A stretch of DNA of 34,962 bases, from assembly GCA_964452145.1 (NCBI GenBank), contig CAYVLA010000025.1:1-34962 (forward strand), in the 5' to 3' direction. This DNA comes from Candidatus Hadarchaeota archaeon (lineage in GTDB: Archaea; CAYQAE01; CAYVLA01). The notes beneath the pieces were generated by a model. That model searched no databases and had not been told where the DNA came from. It was given only the letters and a program-made list of their open reading frames with translations. Made by a program: the position numbers and the translations under genes. Shown one piece after another: positions 1-8,966 of the stretch (the first letter of the stretch is position 1; each line of letters opens with the position of its first letter).

Positions 1-1
1 C

Positions 2-475
2 GTCACAGTAACCATATCGAAAGCAGCGTTCCGAATCAACCAAGAGGGAGGGGAGGTCCAGATCCAGGAAACGGGTGTAAGGACTGTCCTCCCTGACGGT
101 ACAGCCATACCTTCCTACGCAATCCACACACCAACACTGTTCCATGCCTTGGTCGAAAAGGAAGCCCTATCCAAGGAAGGCAAGGTAGCGTGGTTCTTCA
201 CCATCCAAGACCTGCAGAAACTGTTCCGAGGCGTGGATCTGGAAATCCTCAGGACCGCTCCCCTAGGCTGTCTCCACAAGCTGGTCATCGGCGTATCACC
301 GCGAATGCCGCCAGCCATGACCCCTAATGAACCAGTCCTCAGAGCCATACAACTGGAGGAATTCGCCAGGCAGAACCTTGACAAGATGGCGGCCATCGAG
401 AAAGCGCTCTACCAGGATCTCAGAATAGAGGAAGGCCTGCACATATTCATCGCCGCCCGCAAACCTAGGCAATGA
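2..475 (+). CDS. C-terminal part of a probable class I SAM-dependent methyltransferase-like protein (5' truncated by window edge)
   Basis: Frame is open from position 2 (VTVTISKAAF...) to TGA at 473-475. The tail WFFTIQDLQKLF..LEILRTAPLG...AIEKAL...GLHIFIAARK resembles methyltransferase C-termini; the SAM-binding motif lies outside the window. Confidence 0.5.
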   Translation, partial: VTVTISKAAFRINQEGGEVQIQETGVRTVLPDGTAIPSYAIHTPTLFHALVEKEALSKEGKVAWFFTIQDLQKLFRGVDLEILRTAPLGCLHKLVIGVSPRMPPAMTPNEPVLRAIQLEEFARQNLDKMAAIEKALYQDLRIEEGLHIFIAARKPRQ

Positions 476-518
476 ACCTTGTAGGCCGGAGCAGCGTCAT
501 CCGAACGACTGACTTCCG

Positions 519-3500
519 TCATGTCCGCGATAGCGAGCACTCGGATCGGGTCGGCGTTCGACCCACCAGGCCTATACGGTCCACGTCATAGAAGCGCTGG
601 CTCACCGGATTCAGCTGGCCAGCATGGATGATGTGGCTGCGAGCCTCCAGCACGAGCCCCTTGAAGACCAGCGGACACTCCGGGTCATCCGTTGAGTCGA
701 TCACCCAGGGCTCGAAGCCGGTTCGCTCAACCTCCATACCGGATGGGCCGTGGGGAAGGGTGACGTCCAAGTAACGCCAGCCATCGAAGTCCAGGAAGGA
801 ATCGGCTCGGACGCTTGTCAGAGCCGATCCTGCAGCGTCCTCAAGGCAGAACAAGACCCTTCCCCATGAGCTGTTGCCCCGGACCCAGCACCCAATTTCC
901 CGAGCGGATTCGGGTATGGTGGCCTTGGCGCCCCGCCAGGCGAGTCGAGCATACGAGATCTCAAGCGGATGGCAAGGCGAGTTCTCGGGCAGTCTGACGC
1001 GGAGAACGTTACGCCCATCTCGACCGACCAGGGATAGATCCAGCCTCGTCTGACGGTAGGGAACGGAGAGGCGTAAAGCGTCAAGTTCCTCAAGTGGGTC
1101 ATCGTCGAGCCTCCAATCTGAGATATCCTCAAAGTCCGCCAGGAGTGAGCCTTCCGGGCCCGCCGTGCAGTGAACGGGATCCCCCAAGACCAGATCATGC
1201 ACCTGTTCGACGCCTTCCAGATAGATGGGCGAACTTGTGAGTTCGATCTTCAGACCTGTCCTGCCATTCCTGATCCGCCGGCGATTGCCGAACATATCCG
1301 TTGCTGTGGGCCTGGTTGCACCGCTGCATCCCAGCGTCACGGACCGGGTGCCCCTGATGGTCCAGAGGGCATGCACCGGGCCCTTGGCCTTGCGGACGAA
1401 CCTCAGACAGTAAACGCTCCCCGATCCCGTGGGCACCAGCCGGTCGAAGCGTGCCTGGTCGAGGACCCTTGTCATGGTGGAGTAGGCACAGAAGCTCTCT
1501 CGCGGATTGAGCTGGGGAGGGCTATGGAGCAGGCCGATCGGGCCGTAATGACTGTAGAAGTACTCGTCCCCCGGGTCGTAGAGTGAGGTGCACATGCCGA
1601 AGAAGACCACGCCGCTGGCAAGGGCAAGCAGATGGGCCCGGACATAGTGATCGGCCTGTTCCCGCTCGGTCAGCCAGCCGGGCGCGACAGGGGCGTAGAT
1701 GGCCTCGGTGAGGTATAGCGGGAATTCCTCATAGCCGTAGAACCTCTGAAGTGCCTTCAGGACGTAGATTCCCGAGAAGGGCGAGTACAGGGGACATACC
1801 TGTCGCTCGGGGTTGGATCGGAAGAGGTCGAAGTCCAAGCCGAATGCATCAAGATACTCCTTGGGGTATCCCCGCTTCATCATCGCCCCGATGAAGGCCG
1901 GAAAGCCGTTTCCGAAGACGAGTTTAACATTCGGGAATCGTTCGCGGACGAGCCTACAATACCGGGTTCCCGAGATCCAGCAGTTCTCTAAATGTCGTTG
2001 CTCTTCCTCTGTCAGGTCGAGTGCGGGCCTTCCCAGAAGCTCGGGGGGAAAGGAGCCCCGGTGGCGCGAGCTCAGACCGGTTTCCCAGAAGACCATCCAC
2101 GCATCCAGAGGGGGCATCCTGCCCATCCTCCGTACCATCTTCTCGGCATCCCCGGGCTTCTCGCAGCAGGTGTTCGATATGCAGCAGACGTTCCCGCAGT
2201 TCAGATCGATCTTGTGGCTCCGCAGCACCGCAAGCCGCCTGGCGTTCTCCTCATCCGTCTTGGAGAGAAGGAATCCCGGCAGGGTCCAGCGGACCCCTGC
2301 AATCCGCATGAGGGGAGCGGCGGACTCTGGGGACAGCCCATTGTGCACCTCGAAGAAGCACCACATACCAAACGGAGAATCCCTGGCGGCCCTCCGTTTG
2401 TCCGCTGGCAGGAAGGCGAAAGAGGTTGCGTGCTCGGCGAATCGACGCTCGCCAGCGACCTCGACAGAAAGGCGAAGATCGAACTTGCCGTAGACCTGCT
2501 GTGGAAGCGTCCTCACGATTGAGATCGCCCCGAATGGCCCCAGCAAGACCCGTTGAGCAAAGCCCGATACGCCGCCATAGGGACCGGTGATCTCCAGCCG
2601 CAGGATCAGGTGCTGCTCCCCGCCGCGCTGGCTCCTCAGAGCCACTTCAATTTTCGGCTCAACGGGCTGCTCGAACACCGGTGCCTCGCCGTTCCATCGG
2701 ACCACCACGGTGGCAGGAGCCAGCTCGAGCGTCGCGGCGAAGATGTGCACCGAACTGGGAGGACCAGCAGGTCGCGGGAAGCTCTCGTCATCCGCAGCCA
2801 CCTTCCTGGTGAGATCGATCTCGAGGAAATCGGTTCCATCGTTGAGGAACTCCAAGAACTCGCCGGGGTTCAGTGGAACGGTCACGAACCATAGCCTTGC
2901 CGATTCCCGGGTCCTGAAACCTTCCTTCCTCATACTACCTACGGGAAGGGGATTGAGGCCGGCCCCACGTTCGTCCCACCTCGGCACGATCACCTCGGAC
3001 ATGCCGGCATGCCCCCGCCCGGATGCGATCATCCTAACGGAGGCTACGGGAAGATCCCCGTCGGCTGTGTCCGCGACGCATATGAGGTGAAGACGATGGT
3101 AGTGTGCCTTGGGCACCCGCAGCAGCACCCGACGCGGATCGCCCTGCATGGCATCGCAGTGCACGTAGGGGAGCTTGCCCCGGTAAGCCGTCTCGCCCAG
3201 ATCGATGTTGTCCCCCCGTCCAGGAACCCATTCCACCTGGAATGGGACTCTGTGGACCGTCAGCATGCCCTTGGCTCGCAGGACCCTTGTAGAGAACGCA
3301 TAGCCTTCTCCCAGACCGCCGGGCGCAGTGGCACGACAATTGCTGTAGGGAGCGATATCCAGAGGTAAGAACCCCGGTTTCGAAAGCGGTGTTATGAGGA
3401 TCGACCGGAACACCACTCCTTTGCTCAGCTCCACCGACACCCGAGTGGATGACCGCCTTCTCGTGTCTTCGCCGATAAAACGGCCCTGGATCCAGCTGCG

Positions 3501-3974
3501 AACCGCATGAGGCGAGATGTCGAGGGCCAGTCTGATCCAGCTTGTAGACCATCCCGGATTGGCCTCCAGCTCCTTCCGGTAGGCCTCATACTCATTCTGG
3601 TTCCCGCCCCACAGAGCAACATCGGGGCGGAGGCGGAAGCTCAGCGATTTCTCTCTTCCATCAACGACGGCGAAGATTTTCAGCACTCCCTCATCGGCAT
3701 GGTCGCCCCGGATTCGGAGGACCGCACGACCGCACGCTAGGGCCGCGCTATGGTCCGGAGAACCCAGCCTCGCCTCGAACGCGACGCGAAAGCCAGGACC
3801 TCTGAGGGCTGGCAGTTTCAAGTGCAGGTCCTCTTCCGCTCGGAGATAGATCTCCCCCGATGCCGGGTCCCTGACCTTGGCCACCCTACCCGATGAGATC
3901 CGCCTTATGGTCCGCAGATCACCGATGACTTTCAGGCGTGCTCGCGTCAACCAGGATGGATTGCCACGGCCCAT
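519..3974 (-). CDS. Large multidomain putative glycoside hydrolase (clan GH-A-like TIM barrel, GH39/GH5-like) with beta-sandwich domains and a C-terminal CBM-like domain
   Basis: 1184-aa ORF 519..4073; ATG at 3974 preferred because an AT-rich box lies 22-29 nt upstream. Motifs: SPFGM, GVRW, WMVFWE, LVFGNG, LDAFGLD, PLYLTEA, EREQADHYVRAHLLALASGV, PRESFCAYSTMTRVL, VHALW, LTSSPIYL; C-terminal LADFED..IGCWVRGNSS..DFDGWRYL. Confidence 0.7.
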   Translation of the reverse strand: MGRGNPSWLTRARLKVIGDLRTIRRISSGRVAKVRDPASGEIYLRAEEDLHLKLPALRGPGFRVAFEARLGSPDHSAALACGRAVLRIRGDHADEGVLKIFAVVDGREKSLSFRLRPDVALWGGNQNEYEAYRKELEANPGWSTSWIRLALDISPHAVRSWIQGRFIGEDTRRRSSTRVSVELSKGVVFRSILITPLSKPGFLPLDIAPYSNCRATAPGGLGEGYAFSTRVLRAKGMLTVHRVPFQVEWVPGRGDNIDLGETAYRGKLPYVHCDAMQGDPRRVLLRVPKAHYHRLHLICVADTADGDLPVASVRMIASGRGHAGMSEVIVPRWDERGAGLNPLPVGSMRKEGFRTRESARLWFVTVPLNPGEFLEFLNDGTDFLEIDLTRKVAADDESFPRPAGPPSSVHIFAATLELAPATVVVRWNGEAPVFEQPVEPKIEVALRSQRGGEQHLILRLEITGPYGGVSGFAQRVLLGPFGAISIVRTLPQQVYGKFDLRLSVEVAGERRFAEHATSFAFLPADKRRAARDSPFGMWCFFEVHNGLSPESAAPLMRIAGVRWTLPGFLLSKTDEENARRLAVLRSHKIDLNCGNVCCISNTCCEKPGDAEKMVRRMGRMPPLDAWMVFWETGLSSRHRGSFPPELLGRPALDLTEEEQRHLENCWISGTRYCRLVRERFPNVKLVFGNGFPAFIGAMMKRGYPKEYLDAFGLDFDLFRSNPERQVCPLYSPFSGIYVLKALQRFYGYEEFPLYLTEAIYAPVAPGWLTEREQADHYVRAHLLALASGVVFFGMCTSLYDPGDEYFYSHYGPIGLLHSPPQLNPRESFCAYSTMTRVLDQARFDRLVPTGSGSVYCLRFVRKAKGPVHALWTIRGTRSVTLGCSGATRPTATDMFGNRRRIRNGRTGLKIELTSSPIYLEGVEQVHDLVLGDPVHCTAGPEGSLLADFEDISDWRLDDDPLEELDALRLSVPYRQTRLDLSLVGRDGRNVLRVRLPENSPCHPLEISYARLAWRGAKATIPESAREIGCWVRGNSSWGRVLFCLEDAAGSALTSVRADSFLDFDGWRYLDVTLPHGPSGMEVERTGFEPWVIDSTDDPECPLVFKGLVLEARSHIIHAGQLNPVSQRFYDVDRIGLVGRTPTRSECSLSRT

Positions 3975-3995
3975 CGATCTTGCGATTCTCGACGC

Positions 3996-4003
3996 ATTAT
4001 TAT
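3996..4003 (-). promoter_or_regulatory. Candidate archaeal TATA box (ATAATAAT)
   Basis: AT-rich octamer in GC-rich context, 22-29 nt upstream of ATG 3974. Confidence 0.3.
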
Positions 4004-4103
4004 CTGTATGCGGCGTCCTACATCCGGCGGGCACCGGAATGTCTCTTGACCGGTGAGATCCCAAACAGACCACATCGGTCGAGTACCGTGCCGAGAGTCA
4101 TCC

Positions 4104-5732
4104 CTATGCTACCGGGAGCGTGACATACGATATTCCCATCCTCCCGTGGTGAACACAGTTCTCAGAAGGGAGCTGATTGGGGAAAAGCAGTGGAAAGTCG
4201 CTGTTCCCCAGGTCCAGCCTCACGCGGTTGCCCGTCAGGAAGGCCTTGCAGGTGGGCGCAAGGTTGATGTCGATCTCGTACGTGCTACCCGGCTCCAGAT
4301 CCACGAGGGATTCGTGGGAAAGGCGATGGGAAGATCGGAGGGCGCCGGAGGTCAGGAGAATCGATTCACCATCTGGAAGGGCCTCTGTGATCTTGGCCAT
4401 CCAGTCAACGTCCCTCGCGCTGCTCGAGAAGGCCAGGTGCACACGGACCACACCGGCAATCTCTAAGTCCTCACGGAGAGGCTCGGTCGTGTAGGTCAGC
4501 ATCGATTTCTCGCCTCGTCTGATGTCAACGTTTCTGTATGCGACGCTTGGAACAGGCCTATTCGGATCGTGTGCGATGCGATCGCCTTCCTCTTCCGGTC
4601 CGGGCGCGTCGCGGGACAGCACACCGTCGTTGAGGCTGTCGACGGCTCCCTCCGGCCCTGACCTCAGGTAGAGCGTCAATGGGTGGGTCCGAGGCGGCCA
4701 GCTCCGGCAGAACCTCCATTCCTCCCTGCCCATGACATAGTACATCACCGGGGCTTCATCCATCACGCCGTTGTCCAACCCTTTCAGCCAGTAGTCGAAC
4801 CACCTGAGTTGAAGTGCGTTGAGGTCGATTCCGTCACGCTCGCCGTGGAACCACGGGCCCATCACGAGCATCTTCGGTGCATCAATCTCAAGGAACGCCC
4901 TGATCACGGGTCCGGGGAAGAGGTCGAACCAGCCCCCCAGCAGACAGATCGGCGTCTTGATCTGTGAGAAGAAGTTGTAGGGCGAGTGGTTCCGCCAGTA
5001 CGATCCGTCCGTGGGATGCTCAATCCACTCCTTGAGAAACCCCATGTCGAACGGGCATCCTTGCTCCAACAGCTGGCGCAGACCTTTCATCGTGCGCTCG
5101 CCGTGGACCTTCTCCTGCATCCCGTATATCCCCGGGTCCACCGGATCGGAAGCACGCCTAAGCCGCGGGAGCCACGGAGCGATTATCCTCATGATGTGCC
5201 GCTGGGCCCAATCCAGGCTCAGCGAACTCATGATCCCGCCCGGGTAGACCATGTCGTCGTATATGTCCGCCCCGCCCACGCCGGCGAACATGGCCTTCAG
5301 GCCCGGGGGATTCATCCCGGCCAGTGCAAATTGGTCCATTGACAGGTACGACTGCCCCATCAGCCCGATGTTGCCGTCGCACCAGGGCTGTTCTCGGATC
5401 CAGAGCATCGTATCGTATCCGTCGTTTCCGTCGTTATGGAGGAAGCGGAACGTTCCCTCGGAGATCCCGGTGCCCCTGACCTCGGCCTCGACCACGGCGT
5501 ATCCTCTGGAAACGAACTCCGAGTGAGTCGACTTGTCTCGGGTATGGGGCGGGATGTCGATGGCATGGTAGGGATTCCTGGTCAGCAAGGTCGGGAACCT
5601 GCCCGGTCCCTCCGGTCGGAAGACCTCGATGTAGAGTTTCACGCCGTCCCTCATCTCCACGAAGGTCCTGTCGACCTCGCGCGGCTTCAACAGCCGTATC
5701 CCCTGGGGCGGTATCGGTGTATCTGGCGTCAT
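4104..5732 (-). CDS. CocE/NonD family hydrolase (peptidase S15-like alpha/beta hydrolase)
   Basis: MRDGVKL, RNPY, RGTGISEG, QPWCDGNIGLMGQSY (nucleophile Ser), GWFDLF (Asp), GPWFHG (His), C-terminal jelly-roll YTTEPLREDLEIAG...GNRVRLDL; GGAGG RBS upstream. Confidence 0.93.
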   Translation of the reverse strand: MTPDTPIPPQGIRLLKPREVDRTFVEMRDGVKLYIEVFRPEGPGRFPTLLTRNPYHAIDIPPHTRDKSTHSEFVSRGYAVVEAEVRGTGISEGTFRFLHNDGNDGYDTMLWIREQPWCDGNIGLMGQSYLSMDQFALAGMNPPGLKAMFAGVGGADIYDDMVYPGGIMSSLSLDWAQRHIMRIIAPWLPRLRRASDPVDPGIYGMQEKVHGERTMKGLRQLLEQGCPFDMGFLKEWIEHPTDGSYWRNHSPYNFFSQIKTPICLLGGWFDLFPGPVIRAFLEIDAPKMLVMGPWFHGERDGIDLNALQLRWFDYWLKGLDNGVMDEAPVMYYVMGREEWRFCRSWPPRTHPLTLYLRSGPEGAVDSLNDGVLSRDAPGPEEEGDRIAHDPNRPVPSVAYRNVDIRRGEKSMLTYTTEPLREDLEIAGVVRVHLAFSSSARDVDWMAKITEALPDGESILLTSGALRSSHRLSHESLVDLEPGSTYEIDINLAPTCKAFLTGNRVRLDLGNSDFPLLFPNQLPSENCVHHGRMGISYVTLPVA

Positions 5733-5831
5733 CTAGTCTCTTCCTCCGCTGGGCCTGAATCCGGCAAGGGTCCGATTATTTGAATATTGCTCAGGCCCCA
5801 AGGCCGAGGGCCAGCCTCAACTATAGGGAAG

Positions 5832-8681
5832 CTATCTCCAGGCCAACCGGAGACCCTTCATCCCGAGGGGAGTGCCCACGTAGGAATCGGTCCAACCGTG
5901 ATGATCACGGAAGCTGTCTGGATTCACACCCGTGAACTCATCAGCCCTCCAGTGTCTGGGGCCCAGAAGGTTTCTGAGGCTGTTGATCAGCCTTATGGCG
6001 ATAGTGTTTCTCCCCGGCACAATGGCCTCTTCGACGGGGAGGCGATACTCGCGCCAGAAGACCTTGCCCACATCCCTGCCGTTAATACTGAACTCGGCCA
6101 CCACGCCGCCCAGATCGTCGAACTCGATGAAAGGCCGCCCTTCGATTGGGACAAGATCCAGCTGCGTCTCGAGTCTGAGGGCTCCCGCATAGAACGGGTA
6201 TCCCGACAACCTCAGGTCAGCGATGTCCTCAACCTCGGTCACCTCGTCTTCCAATCGGACGCTTCCCGCGGGACCGACTCTGACACCGAAGTCCCCTAAG
6301 AGGTAGACATCCTCGATTGCCAGGTCCCCGTCCCATCTTCCCCTAAGAGTGATGATGTTTCTTCCTGATTGCACATACGCCCCGATAGGCATCTGCTTAA
6401 GCCCTGGATCCAGCCACCATGATTCCACATTCGACTGCACCCTTTTGCCGTTTGCGTAGATGTCGTATCTCTGGGCATCCTCGACTACCAGATCCAACGG
6501 CCCGCAGACAACTGTCTTGAACTCGTACGCCACTTCGAACTCCTTTCCCTGGCCCAACGCTTTGACTTCATCGTGAACTCTCCATACAGGCAGTCTGCCG
6601 CTCCAGTTCGTCCCAGGAGTCCTCCAGCGTGCGTAATCGAGCACGCACTGGTTGGGGGCTTCCCTGCGGATCCTCCACCTGGACTTCACCGGCACCTTTG
6701 CGGAGGGCTCGCTGAGCCCGCCCTCCGCAGATCCCTCAGGCACGATGCGCGAGCCTTGAACGAAGATGCGTCCCTCTCCGGCGGCGAGATCGAGCGTCAG
6801 CGCATTGGGACAGGACATGACACTGCCCGTGAGAGTAACTAGTTCGCACACACTCTTTCCAGGGGCGAACCTGACCTCCAACCTGATCGGGTCACGATAG
6901 TCCGTGTTCACCATGAAGTAGAGATCCGCACGGCCCAACCTTCGTCGATGGATCAGCAACCTGTCCATCGGCGGTCCGGAGACCCACGAAGTCGCAAGGC
7001 CTTGGGGAACCCTGGCCCTGACAAAGGATGATATGGGGTCGGCTTCATTAGCCGCCACAGGCAGACGGGACATGAAACACCCAAGGTCACTTGACTCCTC
7101 CCCTTCGATCATGGAGGGCTTCTCCCCGACACAGAGGATCGTGCCCCCTCCTGATGCGAAGTCCCGCAAGAGGCTAAAGGTCGTGGCCTTCAAGGATTTC
7201 ATCGGGGGCAGGATCACGAGCCGATATGTGGAGCGGCCCACGCGAATCCTGCGACCTTCCACCCGACCATGCCCGGCCAAGATGAACTCCTCCCCGTACT
7301 CGAAGTCTATCTGGCGGGAGAGAAGGTTCCCGGTCAGCGTCTTGAAGCCTTCGAAGACCTCCTCGACTCCCTTCGGATCGGAGGGCTTGTATTCACACCA
7401 TGCGCTGTTGATGGAGCTGATGACCAGCACGTCGACCGATCGCCTGCCCTGGGACATGACGTAGCTAAGTCTTGAGAAGTGATCGGCGACGACCCGGTTG
7501 TGCTCCCACCAGGGCTGGTGAATCGATAGCGTCGGGGGATAGTCTCGCTTCCGCACGCCCCTCAGGGAGTACAGTGAAACGTGGTGGTTGAGGAAGTTGA
7601 TGCCCAGGGCGTACTGCCAGTTGCCTACCCACCTGCGGTCATGGAAATTCAGGCTCTGACCCGAGACCCCGTAGCTTTCCGACAGGACTCTTGCCTTCCC
7701 GAGCTGCGAGGCAACCGAGGCAACCTGTTTCTCGACCCAAGGGTTGTGAAGCCCGCGGCCCAGATGGTCAATGCCCGGGAAGTGCATATACTCGTAGTGC
7801 TGCATCGCACTCCCAATGCAGCATATCTGACCGAGGAAGGAATCCTCCCACTCGTAATGCCCCGTGTACTTCAGGCCGTTCTCCCGACACCATTGGTAGA
7901 TCTGTTTGGAGTACGCCTCCACGAACAGCCTAGTCACCGTCGAGAAGTAGTCGAATCGCACCTTTCTGAAGGGCCCGACATCGAAGAAGAGGCTGGCAAC
8001 ATTGTCCAGTATCGGGTATCCATGATCGCGCTGGAATTCCTCAGGGAGCCGATCCGTCCAAGGCAGGGCCTGTTCGGATCGAAGCGTATGGTACGTTGCG
8101 TATTGAGGCTCGTCCGTGAACACTCCCTGAACGGTCCTCCCGAAATGCCTGCCAACATGCAGTTTGTAGAGCTCGTGGGTGCTCTCGATAAACGCCTTGA
8201 CAACCTCGGGGGAGAGGAGGTCGGGCAGATAGCCGGCGGGCATCACCTTGACAATGAAGTCGTATCTCGCCCTTCGACGCCCTGTGACGATCAGCTCGGT
8301 GCGAATGGTTCCCGGGGCAGGCGCGTGCCTTCTGGATTTCGAGCAGAAGAGGATCTTGGAGCGATAGGCCGGCCCCAAGGCCTGGACCTGGCCTCCCCCC
8401 TGTCCGCTGGGCCATCCATTCTCATCGTATATCCAGAATCTCCCGCCTGCGGACTGGCACTCCGCTACACAGGATCGCACGAGGTTGAACCATCGGTTAC
8501 CCATATAGGGAGTGATCAGACCCACCCTGGCGTGGAAGAAAAGCCCGCCCCACCCCTTATCGACGTACTCCTTAACCAGATGGCGGAGCCGCTCTTCCTC
8601 CAGATCATCGTTGGCTGAGAGGAATGGCACCGGTCTATAATCCACCGGTGGATCCTTGAACTCCTCTGCCTTCACAACCAT
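5832..8681 (-). CDS. Glycosyl hydrolase, GH106 (alpha-L-rhamnosidase)-related, with C-terminal beta-sandwich
   Basis: FKDPPVDYRPVPF, GGLFFHARVGL, WIYDENGWPSG, GVFTDEP, PGIDHL, LSESYG, RKRDYPP, GYPFYAG; GAGGAGG RBS directly before ATG. Confidence 0.82.
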   Translation of the reverse strand: MVVKAEEFKDPPVDYRPVPFLSANDDLEEERLRHLVKEYVDKGWGGLFFHARVGLITPYMGNRWFNLVRSCVAECQSAGGRFWIYDENGWPSGQGGGQVQALGPAYRSKILFCSKSRRHAPAPGTIRTELIVTGRRRARYDFIVKVMPAGYLPDLLSPEVVKAFIESTHELYKLHVGRHFGRTVQGVFTDEPQYATYHTLRSEQALPWTDRLPEEFQRDHGYPILDNVASLFFDVGPFRKVRFDYFSTVTRLFVEAYSKQIYQWCRENGLKYTGHYEWEDSFLGQICCIGSAMQHYEYMHFPGIDHLGRGLHNPWVEKQVASVASQLGKARVLSESYGVSGQSLNFHDRRWVGNWQYALGINFLNHHVSLYSLRGVRKRDYPPTLSIHQPWWEHNRVVADHFSRLSYVMSQGRRSVDVLVISSINSAWCEYKPSDPKGVEEVFEGFKTLTGNLLSRQIDFEYGEEFILAGHGRVEGRRIRVGRSTYRLVILPPMKSLKATTFSLLRDFASGGGTILCVGEKPSMIEGEESSDLGCFMSRLPVAANEADPISSFVRARVPQGLATSWVSGPPMDRLLIHRRRLGRADLYFMVNTDYRDPIRLEVRFAPGKSVCELVTLTGSVMSCPNALTLDLAAGEGRIFVQGSRIVPEGSAEGGLSEPSAKVPVKSRWRIRREAPNQCVLDYARWRTPGTNWSGRLPVWRVHDEVKALGQGKEFEVAYEFKTVVCGPLDLVVEDAQRYDIYANGKRVQSNVESWWLDPGLKQMPIGAYVQSGRNIITLRGRWDGDLAIEDVYLLGDFGVRVGPAGSVRLEDEVTEVEDIADLRLSGYPFYAGALRLETQLDLVPIEGRPFIEFDDLGGVVAEFSINGRDVGKVFWREYRLPVEEAIVPGRNTIAIRLINSLRNLLGPRHWRADEFTGVNPDSFRDHHGWTDSYVGTPLGMKGLRLAWR

Positions 8682-8712
8682 GCCTCCTCAGTCGGAAGGC
8701 CAAGGCTGCCTG

Positions 8713-8718
8713 ATAAAT
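8713..8718 (-). promoter_or_regulatory. Candidate TATA box (ATTTAT) for the GH106-like gene
   Basis: Minus-strand GCATTTATCA; the box lies 32-37 nt upstream of ATG 8681. Confidence 0.35.
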
Positions 8719-8966
8719 GCACGTCAGTATCCGTGAGCGGTGCTCGCCCCTTGGCCCAGGATGTAATGGTGATGTTGACGACTCCTCGAGGGCGACGGCT
8801 CTGGTGACATCGGTGCGGGACCGACGGGGACCTGGTACTACGTCTCGGTACCGCCTTTGGCCATCACGAGATATCTTAGCGGGACGATGGCCGGTGGAAC
8901 CAGGCTGGGCATCGTGCCGATCTCCTGGTTGCACGTGTCTGGTCGATGTCGCATCTCGCGGTGGAC

